Positions 1-12,739 of a DNA stretch of 64,000 nucleotides are shown here, in pieces (position 1 is the stretch's first letter; each line of letters opens with the position of its first letter). The stretch is from positions 1,612,001-1,676,000 of the forward strand of contig NC_043002.1 of NCBI RefSeq assembly GCF_006345805.1. The letters are read 5' to 3'. The position numbers were made by a program, and so were the translations under genes. The notes under the pieces are model-generated. The model ran no database searches. It was not told the DNA's origin and worked only from the letters and a program-made list of their open reading frames with translations. The DNA comes from Octopus sinensis (lineage: Eukaryota).

Positions 1-89
1 TGTACACTAAGTTTTAACGTTCTAGTCCACTTCCCCTGTTTAGCGCAGTGCTTAGAAATAACCTGTGTCACGTGTGATCGTCACATTGA

Positions 90-770
90 CCATGGCAGAA
101 AAAAGCTGTCATGGCGATACCTGCTCAGAGGCCAACGCAAATTTTCAGAAAGTGTATGGAGAGGGGAGTGTATGAGTTGCGCACAAGTGTTCAAGTGGTT
201 CAGACGTTTCAAAGATGGCTGAAAAAGTGTCGATAGTGACGAACGTTCTGGGAGACCCGCAAGCAGCAGGAGTGAGGAAAACATCGCAGATGTGCGTGCT
301 GCTGTGAGGAAAAATACTCAAATCACCATCCGTGAGTTATCGGAGGATGTGCAGGTTAGTTACGGTCCAGTTCAGTCCATTAACACTGAAGATTTAGATA
401 TGAGATACGTGTCTGCCAAGGTTGTACCAAAACTGCTTTCAGCTGACCAAAAGGTCGCTCGGATTTCAGTTGCACAAGATCTCCTTGGTTGTATCGAGTA
501 CGATGAAATGTTTTGAAAACTTTGCGTAGTCCTCTGAGCAGGTTTCGACAAGATTTTGGCAAACTTTTATGCAGATTCTCAGCTCAGCTCAATGCAACGA
601 CCGCACGTTACTTCCAAGCGCTGTTGTAAACAGGAAAGGTACTAGAACGTTAAAACTTAATGCACATTCACAACAGCGATTAAGGTCAATCTGTGCCAAG
701 CGGCTTTACTCTCTGTGCTTTAGCTTCGCTACTATAACAACGGTCCGGATACTTATTGATCAGACAACCT
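90..770 (+). mobile_element. Degenerate, internally deleted mariner (Tc1/mariner) transposon: N-terminal transposase HTH region and right TIR
   Basis: Translates to KVYG..AQVFKWFRRFKDG*KSVDSDERSGRP...ITIRELSEDV...VSAKVVPKLL (mariner HTH region and a WVPxxL-like motif), with a stop and frameshifts. A mariner-like TIR (GTCCGGATACTTATTGATCAGACAACC) lies at ~743-770, followed by TA. Confidence 0.85.
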
Positions 771-791
771 ATATATACATGCATACATACA

Positions 792-858
<67 letters not shown>

Positions 859-1199
859 CATTGTTGCTCTTATGCAGAAGTGTCGTAAGTCCAAAACGTT
901 GCTTTTTCAGAAAACGAAAGAATAGTTTCACCATTCCATAGCAAAGCTGTTGTACTACACTTTGACAGCTTTTGATATCTTGGCATTTGTAGCAGCCGGA
1001 GATACGATAGTTTGACCAAAAGAAGGGGCTATTGCAAGCAAAAATATATATTGAAGAAAATGCATTGTGTTTGTAAGAATGAGGACATTGCGGTTATTCA
1101 TCCATAGATTTAGTTAAAGTGTGGTTACCAATTTAGTGAACGATTACTCTAATTCATACACACTGTATTGCGTGAAAGTTCATTTAGTATCATGCAAGC

Positions 1200-1640
1200 A
1201 TCTTGACAGACCTTCAGAAATCCTATTAATGAACTTCTTATTGGTCCACATAATGGACAACGATTCATCAGAAAACAGTCTTCATTTCCTGGAAAGGATA
1301 ATTGTTTGGTTGTGCATGTTTTATCATGGACCAAGTGAGATCATATTTAATATTATTCTCTTTAAGTTGCTCAAAATCAGCCAAAGATGTCGAGTGCCTG
1401 TTGATTTTATTGTTGGAGACGTAGTTTTTATATCGGTTCTTGAATGAATCAGCTGTAGCACCAATGTAAACGTACCCCTTGTGTATACGGTGCACACATA
1501 CAACATTGGTACCAATACAGAGGTTCATCAATGGGCATTTTGTGTTTTCTCTGCATGGGCATTTATTAGATTTATTTGCATTTCTAGATCTGCTGATTTT
1601 ATTTTCCGACACCGTAACCATGTTGGCTATATCTCTATTT
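1200..1640 (-). mobile_element. Penelope-like element relic, GIY-YIG endonuclease region (Naiad-like)
   Basis: ORF 1268-1621 reads KCPCRENTKCPLMNLCIGTNVV...YVYIGATADSFKNRY...STSLADF..LKENNIKYDLTWSMIKHAQP: a CxC..CPL..C linker plus the YIG motif typical of PLE endonucleases. Confidence 0.8.
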
Positions 1641-1846
1641 TTGTTATTATTCGGATGTGGAGGCAGCGGTTACTTCTCATTCTGCTTGGTATTGCTTTTC
1701 CTGATATTTTGTTCTATATATTTCGTATCTTTCCTATTTGTCGAGCCGGAAGTAGTCTCCCCGTCGTAGGCAAGGTGCTCACTAGGTGGGCTCTTCGACG
1801 CTTGGTTCATTTCTCTGTTATTAATGCGGTGCATACACACACATAT

Positions 1847-2278
1847 ATGTATGCATGCATGCATGTATGTATGTATGTATGTATGTATGTATGTATGTAT
1901 GTATGTATGTATGTATGTATGTAGGCATGTATGTATGTAGGCATGTATGTATGTATGTATTTATGTATGTATGTATGTATGTATGAATGTATGTATGTAT
2001 GTATATATGTATGTAGGCATGTATGTATGTATGTATGTATGTATGTATGTATGTATGTATGTAGGCATGTATGTATGTAGGCATGTATGTATGTATGTAT
2101 GTATATATGTATGTAGGCATGTATGTATGTATGTATGTATGTATGTATGTATGTATGTATGTATGTATGTATGTATGTATGTATGTATGTATGTATGTAT
2201 GTATGTATGTATGTATGAATGTATGTATGTATGTATGCATGTATGTATGTATGCATGTGTGTATGTATGTATGTATGT
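1847..2278. repeat. (TATG)n microsatellite, ~430 bp, with periodic TAGGCATG variants
   Basis: Direct reading of the sequence. Confidence 0.97.
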
Positions 2279-3451
2279 AAAAGCGTATATAGCTGGTTCT
2301 TTGAATATATCTAAATACACATCACCAGATAAAATTGGAAACAAATATTGTATTAACGTATGATGGATGTTATCATATACTGCCGTATAAAAGAATATTG
2401 AACCCTTTTCAAAACTATGCGATCTTTTGTAAATGAGAGATAAATGAGCGTTTGCTGACGCAAAAGAACGCTGCAAGAGACCGGGACTGTCGTCTGCTTT
2501 TCTCCAGTTTCCACACCACCACCACCACCACCACCATCATCGCTATCATTCGCTACTCTTTCTGCCCATCTATATTTCTGTCTTGAAGTCTGTCTTCCAT
2601 ATTCCGTTTCTGTTTCACTATACACAAGACAAAGAGGATGATGACGAAATAAAGATACAAAGATCATATACTGACGAAGGAAGAAAAACAGTGTGTTTGA
2701 CGTCACGTAAACGTACTGCCCTCATCATCAATATCACTCTATTGTCTCATCTAGATATCTGTATATTCCACTCTCCCCCGTACAAGTATGACAGGGATAG
2801 AGAGAGAAGGCGAGAATATGAAAGGGAGAATGAAAGGAGGAGGAAACTGAAAGTTTGAGGTCATACACTTGTACAATCATCATCATCATCATCATCACCA
2901 TCGTTTTCCTCCGTTTTTATGTAATCATTCTTATGTCTTACATTCTCGATCTCTCTATATTACAAAATGAAACCGGGGGAAAGAGAAAAAGAATGTTCAA
3001 AGGGAAACTGAAAGAGACAGAAAATATGAGAGTTTAACGACAACAAAGGGTGCAATCACCACCTACACCACCACCAACAACAACAACATCACCGTAGCGC
3101 TCCGTCCTATTTCACTCTGTGTCTCTTTACCTGTGTTCTGATATATGTTCGTTATTCTCTGTCTTCCAATTTCAGTGAAATCGAGAGAGAGAGAGAGAGA
3201 GTGAGAGAGAAAGAGAGAGAAAGAGAGAGAAGTGTGAGAGAAACGAGTAAGAAAAGGAGAAGTGTGTGAGAGGGAGGGAGAACTGAGAAACATTGAAACA
3301 ACTGCTCTCTTTCAAAATGACAGCAGAGTGTTGTCTGAGAGAGAGAGAGAGAGGGGGAGAGAGAGAGAGGGAGAGAGAGAGAGATGTTTGTTATTTCTCA
3401 ATAAAACTCTTGCAAAACTTTTCTGTGAAGAAGCTTACAACAACAACAACA

Positions 3452-3518
<67 letters not shown>

Positions 3519-4351
3519 TAATAATAATAATGAATAAATAAATAAGTAAATGGATATGGTGGGTGTTCGTTTTGTTGTTTCTGAATATAGTCACACACAC
3601 ACACACACACACGCACACACACCCACACACACACACATGCACACATACACACACACACACACACACACGTAAATGTCAAAATGTCTCGAATGAGTTTTTA
3701 GTCTTATGGTTATAGATTTTTCGAGGATTAACGTCATTTTTAGAGATGAACCATTTAAAAAAAAATATCTATAAAAATAAACGATCATTTATACGTACTT
3801 TATATTTAATCGCTTTGATTTCCGGCCCCCGTCAGGTGTCGCATTCGTAGTTGCATGCATAGCGCCTTTCTAGAGTAACATTAGGTACTTTTATTCTGAA
3901 ACCCAGATTGACAACTTCCATATTCATTGCACTTCGATATCCTGTCTGGTACCTAAATAAGACCAGGCAGATTATCAGACATCAAATTCATTGAAACATA
4001 GTGTTAACACAATTTTCAACAATCTTTCATCTTTCACAAAACTTATAATCGTAATAACATTATAGACTTGAGCAAATAGTTTTATAATGGAGAAACTATA
4101 AACGACTTTCTGTAGCCCGAAAGAAAATACATTTATGATAAAAGACGGGTTCTACACTTAACAAGTATATCTTCATATGCTGTTCAATATTATATAGCTG
4201 TTTATAACGTCTCATGTTTATATAAAAAATCAATATAAGTGTGTATGCGTGTTCGTGTATGTATACATATTTAATGCACCCACGTATATAATCGTATACG
4301 TATATAACTATATTTATAGATATGTATATAATGTATATGCATATACATATA

Positions 4352-4724
4352 CTAGCAGTATCGCCCGGCGTTGCTCAGGTTTGTAAGGGAAATGACTATA
4401 AAGCATTTTTAGAGAGTTATAGCCAAAAAATAGCCAAAAAATGGAAAAAAAATGATGGTAAATTTTTTTGAGAGTTAAAAAAGGTGGAGTTGCGTCCCCT
4501 AGACGGTCTGTGGTTTGGGTTTCTGATTCTCGACCCCATGTCGAATTTATCGATTTTTTTTCAGAACTGGGGGAACTTTTCAAAATTTTCGCTGCGTTAG
4601 TTTTGAATTATGACATTGGGCTATGTGTGTGTCAAGTTTCATCAGAATCGGTTGAAAGCCGTGGTCAGAGTGAGGGTACAACCTGACAGACACACAGACA
4701 AACTGCCGTTTATATAGAGAGAGA
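4352..4724 (-). mobile_element. Non-autonomous Helitron, copy 1
   Basis: The minus strand starts A|TC and ends CCTGAGCAACGCCGGG-CGATACTG-CTAG|T (subterminal hairpin, one mismatch in this copy, plus CTAG terminus), inserted at an AT site in (TA)n. The same 3' terminus occurs at 29485 and 30032. Confidence 0.8.
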
Positions 4725-4759
4725 TATATAAATTACATATATATGCATATATATGTATT

Positions 4760-4820
<61 letters not shown>

Positions 4821-4979
4821 GTGTGTGTGTTGCATGTACTGCATATATTTACGCTTATAGGTGTATCTGCTTATATGCATTATCGGTATATGAGCATGTA
4901 TATACATTTAATCCAGTCTTCCTTTCCAAAAGTAACAGGGGGTCTATATAGAGATGACACCTTTTTTTATGAACAGAAG

Positions 4980-5810
4980 TAGTAAAGTACAAATAGAAAG
5001 GCATAGGAGAAAATTCTTTGGATTTTTCTATTTTAATTAGGACTAAACATTACTATGGGAACGGATTATCATAGTGTAAACTATCTTGACACTGTCGGCT
5101 GATTTTATATGGCGACTGAAAGAAGGTAAAATTAACTACAACATAACTTGGTCCATAGTAAGGCATGCAAAGCCATACAATAACATTTCCAGGAGATGCA
5201 GATTCTGCTTTGAGGAATCTCTGTCTATTCTGTGGACTAATGAGAAGATGATTAATAGAATTTCTGAAAGACTTTCAAGATGCCTACACGCATATAAATA
5301 TACTTCCGCACAATGCAGTGGGAATGAATTTGAGTATCTGTCAACATAATTTACGTTGAAGTATGAATGAAGTTTAGCTTTAAGCTCCCCATTCTTATAA
5401 GCGCCAAGTACGCTTCGTGATCATGAGTGCGCCACACCACACGTTTTTTCACGGATTCTTGTATGAGCGAGTGTACACGCCTCACGCGGCTTGGGTGAAG
5501 GTCTTTATACATCCATAACAGTTAACGGTTATTTTTAATACTTTTCTCACTGTATTGCGTGTTCGTTTCTTTTTTGCATCCGTGATTTATTTTTGATTTA
5601 TGTAAATGAAGTTATTCCCGTTGTTTTGCTGCTTTTTTTTTCTACGAAATGAAAAGATACGTTGTGTAACTGCTAGTTTAACGAGTTGTGTTTATTTATC
5701 ACCCGATGAGACGCATCCGTGAGGGATCGATGCGAGATGTGCCGAAACAATTGTCGTGATTAATAATAAAAAAAACCTCATGTATTCCATCTTGTGTCTT
5801 TCACTTACCA
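4980..5810 (+). mobile_element. Penelope-like element 3' relic (GIY-YIG C-terminus, 3' region and hammerhead)
   Basis: ORF 5086-5349 reads FIWRLKEGKINYNITWSIVRHAKPYNNISRRCRFCFEE...INRISE.LSRCLH, the PLE endonuclease C-terminus. It is homologous to 1268-1621 and is followed by an HHR motif at 5698-5760. Confidence 0.82.
5698..5760 (+). ncRNA. Type I hammerhead ribozyme-like motif (U4->C variant)
   Basis: ATCAC-CCGATGA-G[stem II gacgcatc/gatgtgcc]-GAAAC-AATT-GTC-GTGAT: stem I ATCAC/GTGAT, core C(C)GATGA..GAAA, GUC cleavage triplet. Confidence 0.75.
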
Positions 5811-6019
5811 CACACACACACAGATATATATACATACAGTATCAAACATCAGGGGAAATGGACGTGTGTGTGTATGTGAGAGAGAGAGAGAGAGAGAGAG
5901 AAGAGAGAGAGAGAAGGAAAGAGAGAGCGCGAGCGAAGGGGTGTGTTATCATGTACACGTACATCCATAAATAAATAGGCATACATCATTTTTGTATGTA
6001 TGTGTGCTTGTGTGTGCGC

Positions 6020-6057
<38 letters not shown>

Positions 6058-6109
6058 GTGCCACTTAGACATCACTCTCTCTGTTATACACACACATACA
6101 AAAAATATA

Positions 6110-6310
6110 TACGTAATCTGGATAAATAACTGCATATTTCTCAATAGTTCAGCGTAGGTATTCCCTTCTTCCCTGATCTTCAGCTTTATGTTAACATCCA
6201 CTGTGCAGCTGATTCCCACAAATATCCACAGTTTCTCTTCTGTATCCCAAATCATTATATCAGGTGTGTTGTGTTTACATTTTATTGAGGCCTTCACTGG
6301 GATATTCTAC
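6110..6310 (-). mobile_element. RLE-type (R4/Dong-like) non-LTR retrotransposon fragment
   Basis: KHNTPDIMIWDTEEKLWIFVGISCTVDVNIKLKIREEGNTYAELLRNMQL resembles the RPD..D..K..KY restriction-like endonuclease domain. Confidence 0.65.
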
Positions 6311-8569
6311 CAGTGTGTATGTATGTATGTATGTATGTATGTATGTATGTATGTATGTATGTATGTATGTATGTATGTATGTATGTATGTATGTACGTAC
6401 GTATGCATATATGCATGTACGTATGTATGTGCTACCTTTTAATCTCTCTAGGTCAATAAATAAAATACCAAGCCAGACTGACAGTTTGACAGAATTGGAT
6501 GAAATGTGTTACCGTACTAATCCCCGCATTTTGATGTCAGTTGTCCCAAACAGTATTTGGCCTTGCCTTTCATTAAGATAATTTGAGTGGCATAATGAGG
6601 AAAAAACTTGCTCGTATGATGGCCTGTTTTGAAGGAAAATATCTGTGCAGGGCAGTATCTTTGAGACGAACTTTGCAAGTGTAGATCCCTGATATCACGA
6701 GCACAAGTGTGGCAATGGTCAACTGAAACCCAGGTATACCTGCATGGTCACACTCAGTATTTGAAGTGTCATTAGCATTCCTCGATATAGGAAGAGTATA
6801 TAGTGAAAGTATATAGTGCCGCATAGAATATAAAAAGGTTTTCTGTCGCTGTACCTATAAGACCGAAGTTCCAGCCTAGTTTTTTTTTTTTTCGCACACA
6901 TCGCTCTTCCATAAAGACGAATATAAACTATAAAATATAAGTGAGGTTTTAAGCAGAGAATTAACACTGCTGTATATTGTAATATTAAATCACAAGTCTT
7001 CAGCTAAATTGGCGATGGCGAAATAACAGCGTCTCTACGAAATCCGAACTTATTTAACTTGTTTCTTTCGAATACCCACTCTTCGATTATGTTAAGAAAA
7101 AATACAATGGACCGAATATTCTGTGATTTTATATCGATCGTTATTTTTCACCCGCCAGGCGATAACCCAGCTCGTCTGCAGTTTGTATACATCTCGATGA
7201 TTTCTATGTTAATATAATTATTTCCTTCGATGTTGCTTTCGGCGAGAGCTTAATAATATCATAAAAAGTAAGAAACAATTTGTTTCCTCTATCGTAACAT
7301 AATATTGCAAGTTTCTAACATTTTATTGTTACAAATATAAAAAAAGAAATGTGCGAGAAAAGTTACTTCTAAAACATTGATTCCCAACTGATCATATAAT
7401 TTGAAGAAATTTCTTTCAATATCTCTTTTTCAGTATAATCTGGCTCTGATGTAAAGATCTTACAGGAAAACAATGAACCGTATCATAAAGATGTAAAACA
7501 ATCAACAGTAAGTTTCGCTGAAACTGAAGCCAGATAACTCCCACACGCTTACAATCTACCAACAGTTGCAGATCTATGATAACTTTTTCGAAAAAAACAA
7601 AATGGGAAGTAAGTTGCATATATTTCATTGGTAACATGAACCCAGTGTGTGTTGAACTTTGGCAGTAACGATGTTAGCCAATAGTTGACCAATCATAAGA
7701 AATGTGGATCATTTACCTGCAAGTGTTTTGCTAAACATGAAAGAAGAGGCAGGTAACATATTCGGTACTCTTTTGCTGTACTTCTATTTGTTGGAGTACC
7801 CAATAATGATTATTTAAATATAAAATGCTTTTCCATAATTTCCCTGTATAGATGTAAAACATACGTTTGATCCCTTCCATAGGTAGCAGTTACAATATTG
7901 ATTTCGTTTCATTAGATAAGTTAATCTTCGTTACAGATGAGTCATTGTGCAATACAGTAGTGATAATAATTTTTGTGAAAGGGGAAAGGAATTATAGAAT
8001 GTTTTCGCTAATTGGGATTTTAGGTGTTTAATAATTAGGTGTTTAATATCTTGGGATGTCAAAGAGAAAATGGTGTATCACAAACTATGGATATTTGAAT
8101 AAGACGCTCTACAGTGTTTGTGTAAGTATTTCACCCAACCAACTACTGTGTGTTGGTCAAGCAATTTAATCCCAATCACCAGTACTATGTTGACCAATGA
8201 ACATCTCTTAACCAAGTGTAGAGTGACTCCCTCAATGCATCGATCTAACAATCTCTTCTAATTTAGTGTAGCGCGTTGGTCAGGGGATCAACTCTAATCA
8301 ACTGCAATGGGTTCGTTAATGAAACTGTTTTAATCAAGTTTAATGTGATTAGTTTAATGTGTTGGTCATGTAATGTCTCCTAATTAACTGTAATCCCAAC
8401 TACATGTAAAATGTTTGTTGAGTAATATGTGCTAATTCATTACAGTTTGTTGGACAGATAATCGAACCCAATCAAATTTAGCTTAGCTATAATGAGTTGG
8501 TCTGACAATGTCCTCGTTTCAACTGAAATTTTGCCTCGTTAAACCGATTGGTGCCAAAAATAAAACGAG

Positions 8570-9600
8570 AGCAAAATCATCTTCTAACTTGCAACCAGTA
8601 TGGCTTTCGTGGCGAGAGCGACTGTCTAACACAGCTCCTCCACCACTTTGATGACATCTTAAATGAACTAAGTGAGAACTCCGACCCGGATGTCATATAC
8701 CTTGGTTTCAGCAAGGCCTTTGACAGAGTCGACCACAATATACTGTTAAGGAAACTATCCAACGCTGGAGTCGGTGGAAAGCTACTTCAATGATTTGGGT
8801 ATTTCCTAACAAACAGAACCCAGCATGTTGTGGTTGATGGTATCCCCTCAAAACCAGCAAAAGTCATCAGCGGAGTTCCGCAGGGTACTGTGCTGGGTGC
8901 ACTTCTTTTTATTGTCTATATCAATGACATTGCAGATTCTATTGAACATAGCACCATTAAAATATTTGCAGATGACTCTAAGCTCCAGAAAGTCATTAAG
9001 GGAGCATATGATCTAACAATGCTTCAATCGGACCTATGCACAGTAACCCAGTGGGCACAAAAAATAATATGCAGTTGAACGAAGGAAAATTTGAGCTCAT
9101 CCATTTTGGAAGAGAGGGCACACTCGAACAACCATATATACTATTGTCGGGAGACCTTCTTGAACCGTCAGATAACATTAGAGACTTAGGTGTAATTGTC
9201 GACATCAACCTTAGCTGGAATGTGCACATCAACAAAAAAGTCAGTGTTGCCCGCAGAATGTGTTCATGGATCCTCAGAACTTTCCAATCTAGGGATCATG
9301 AAATCATTACCCTTCTCTTCTCCACATTCGCTAGGCCCCACCTCGAATACTGTTGCCCATTGTGGTATCCCTATAAAAAAACAAGACATAATGAAGATAG
9401 AAGCACCACAAAGATCAATCACAAAAAAAATAAATAAATGGAATGATGGGACTTGATTATTGGGCTCGACTTAAACAGCTGAAGCTCTATTCTCTGCTAG
9501 GCCGCCGTGATAGATACATTATTTGTACCATGTGGAAAATATTCCACCAATATTATCCAAATGATATCAGTATTATGTTTACAATTCACCCAGAACTAGC
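8570..9600 (+). mobile_element. Degenerate CR1/L2-group LINE RT fragment, related to the element at 59541-62597
   Basis: QYGFR..CLTQLLHH..DVIYLGFSKAFDRVDH, SGVPQGTVLG.LLFIVYIND, KIFADDSKL, RDLGVIVD, RPHLEYCC, with stops and frameshifts. It is collinear with the intact ORF2. Confidence 0.93.
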
Positions 9601-9609
9601 CCCCCCCCA

Positions 9610-10985
9610 ATGACTAGTGATTTGTACGGAGTGTTGGAGCTCCTGGAGAGCGTTGACTCGGAATATGAAAGCGAATCGCTAGAAAGTGTGGAAAATTATA
9701 CTGCAGCGGTTGGTGAAAAGCAAAAAAGATACAACATCAGGCGAGAGGCCGTGGGAAAATTTCAATCAATTCTGTGGGGAGAGAGAGAGAGAGCAAACGT
9801 GAGATTAGCTATCCCCACCCCCTAGAAACCACAGAAGTAACAAGAAAAAGAACAATAATTTATGGAACACTATCTCTTAAAATAAAGAAAATAAAGATAG
9901 CGTCTACTGAAGAAATTGAAAAAAGCCCTAAAACTATATTGTACAAGGTGGTATTCATGAAAAGAGGAAAGAAATTCGGTACCGTGGAGGTAAAATATGA
10001 CACCAGAGATGATTCCGCAATCACCCAGCAGACGAACGAGCTGCCTTTTACTTTCATACCTTGGCAAAAGAACCGCAAAAATCGCAATATAAGTTTATCC
10101 ACCTGAAATTAGATCGGCCTGGCTTTTGGCACACACTTGATCCAATACCAAGGAGAAGGTGACACTACTGGAGTCCGAGGAGAAATAAATGCAGAACTGG
10201 TGTGGTGGGAGTCTTCGGGAGACAATTCAAGACATTCCAGAAGTGGAGGAAATTCCAGAATTTATAATTCTACAGGATGAGACAAACCTTAGAGTCTCGG
10301 TCCAGGGCAGCATCTTAAGATGTTTCGAGTGCGGACTGAAATGGCACAGGAGGAAAACATGCCCCACACCATTCAGCCTGAAATACAAAGAAAAAAAAAC
10401 AGGATGAATTAAAGGTACAGCAAGAGAAGCCGAACGAGGACGCTGTAGGTGAGTAGGAAGAGAAGCAGTAAGAGGCGGAGAGGATAGTGGAGAAGGAGAA
10501 TTGCGCGTCGGAGGGAGGTTGACCGTTCACATGTACTGAGGTAAGTGAGGAGGAATGGTCAGTTGCAGAGAGGAAGAGGAAAACAAAACGTTTTCGTTCT
10601 CTTCGTCCGACAAACACAAAAAGCTTAAAAATGGATGCAGAAGAACAGATACGAACACAGACAAAATACATTACAAACGCAGACAGCAAAAAGGAAAAGA
10701 TGTCACAAAAAAGTGAATATACAACAATACAACACAAGTAACACACAACAAAAATAAGGAGACAAAAATAAAATAACTGTTTAAAATCTCTTTCTAAAAA
10801 TGTTCAATGACCTTATCTGGTGTGTAGGGTTTCGAGTTGACGTCTTTCTACCGTTTCTTTTATCATTTCCATTCTTTTCATTTCATTTTCTTTTTCCCAA
10901 CTTTTGCGGGTTTTTTCCCGTCCTTGTTTTTTTCCCCTCTATGTTAGGCCCTGTGTGGCCGATAAGGAAATTCAGTATCAGTAGT
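9610..10985 (+). mobile_element. ORF1-only (gag-like, CCHC knuckle) non-autonomous retroelement, copy A
   Basis: Broken ORF with RGKKFGTVEV...LRVSVQGSILRCFECGLKWHRRKTCP. No EN/RT follows. The 3' UTR ends in a SINE-like tail (TCCTTGTTT..CCCCTCTATGTTAGGCCCTGTGTGGCCGATAAGGAAAT) plus GTA repeats. Confidence 0.7.
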
Positions 10986-12548
10986 CTTCCTCTTTTTGAT
11001 TGCTGTTGATCGGCTATTTTTGTGTGGACCACGTGTGTTCTGCCGTCTTGCGGTGGTATTGTCGACGTCCCCGCCTTGTTTGAAGGGGGAACGTTGTAGG
11101 TTTGTCCCTTCGTAATGGAATACGAAGGTTTGAGTTCCTCCTCTTCAGACTTTACGTTGTCTGAGGAGGAGGAGCTGGTTAAGAGTCTGAAGAGAATGGC
11201 CGAAACAATGGCAGTGAAGAATTATGCAAAAGCGGTGAAAGATAAAAATGAAGGCTTGTGTCTGAAGGAGTTGAGTAGATTCAAAGAAATACTTAGAAAA
11301 GGAGGGGAACGACGTAAAAGTGTGTCGCCCAAAGAATTTTTAAAAGCGAAAAAAGAAAAAAATAGCATTATACACAGGACAATTGAAGTCATGTCGACCC
11401 CACAAGTCGAAAAGGCATTAAAACCAATCTGGCAAGGGATTCCTTACCTTGCCAGAGGAAGAAAGTTTGGAACGCTGGAGGTGCAGTTCCGGGAGTTAGC
11501 TCTTGCTAGGCTTCAGTCGGCAACTTAAAAACAGATGAAGTGATGCTACTACCTATATACCTTCGGAGACGTGCTTCCACGTTTAGGGTAGAAGATATAC
11601 TGCCAGAAATTGATATAGCCTGGCCAACAGCTGTCATACTACTGGGCACGGAAGAGAAGGTAGTGATCCTCCAGGCCACCAGAACGCCCTATAAGATCTG
11701 GTAAAGGCAGATCCAAGATATGATAGTCTAGGCGGCCCCGGAGACCTTGAGGACATGGTCAAGACAATCACTGCCGAAGAAGTGACACTCAGGATCAGAG
11801 TGGCAGGCAGGATCCTGCGATGCTACAAATGTGACCCTAAAGGCTACATTAGAGCAGACTGTCCTCCGCCACTCGTGAAGACTAAAGAGAAACCCGAGAG
11901 CTGGAAGGAAATCGCGACTTCACTGCCGATGAAAACCGGTACCAGCACCGAGGAAGAGGAGGTGAACGAGGAAAATAAAGGATAGGAAGCGGATGGTAAA
12001 AAAAGAAGAAAGAGAAGGAAAAAGCACACTTTGAAAATGATGACCCCCCATCCCACATTCACACGAATCGCAACCACACCTACCCTACCCTAACCTCCCC
12101 CTACAGACACCAACCCACTCCATGTCCCACAAAGACAAGCACAAGCACACAGGAGCCTCACCCCTGCCCTGTGAGGAAAAATATGTTATATTGTACAACG
12201 GACAAAATGAAAAACTTTATAATGAGATAGACTCGGGAGACAAAGCGATAAAAGTGAATACAACAGAAGTTGGGGGATTGCCTGGGCACATTCATTGTGC
12301 GGTGGCAGACCCAGAGTGTCTTTTGAGAGTGAAGGATTATGAGGAGAATTTTGAGTACTGGGGTCAAGAAAATTGACACCAGCATAATACCAAAACAGGT
12401 AGGCTATCTTGGACTGTTAAAGAAATTTAACATACACTTTTTTCGGAAAGATGTAAGTTAACTGTTGCAAATAATGTTTTAAACTGTTAAAAATAATATA
12501 TTCGTTATTTACATTCGATGGATATTTGTCCTCATCTTGTTTGTTGTT

Positions 12549-12594
12549 AACACAACGTTTCGGCTGATATACCCTCCAGCCTTCTTCAGGGGTC
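12549..12594 (-). ncRNA. Minimal type I hammerhead ribozyme in the PLE pLTR
   Basis: Minus strand: GACCC-CTGAAGA-A-GGCTG(gagggtatat)CAGCC-GAAACGTT-GTGTT. Core intact, palindromic minimal stem III (AACGTT), one mismatch in stem I. Confidence 0.82.
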
Positions 12595-12662
12595 TTGGGG
12601 AAATTTCGAACCTGGGTCCTCATTCCTAAGATATTTTTCGATGTTATTATTATTGTTGTTAT

Positions 12663-12739
12663 TCAGGCCATTGCTTGGAGTAGACCTCGGAATCTTGGGA
12701 TTAGTAGCCCGAGCTCTTAACCACTACGCCATATACCCG
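12663..12739 (-). promoter_or_regulatory. tRNA-like Pol III internal promoter (A box, degenerate B box) inside the PLE 3' region
   Basis: Minus strand: TGGCGTAGTGGTTAAGAGCTCGGGCTACTAATCCCAAGATTCCGAGGTCTACTCC. A second B-box-like GGTTCGAAATT lies at 12602-12612. Confidence 0.6.

Noticed and set aside
2698-2705. Perfect CRE palindrome TGACGTCA; also TATAAAAG..CAGTC motifs at ~45074 and ~53793
   Set aside because: Short motifs expected by chance in 64 kb, with no associated gene start.
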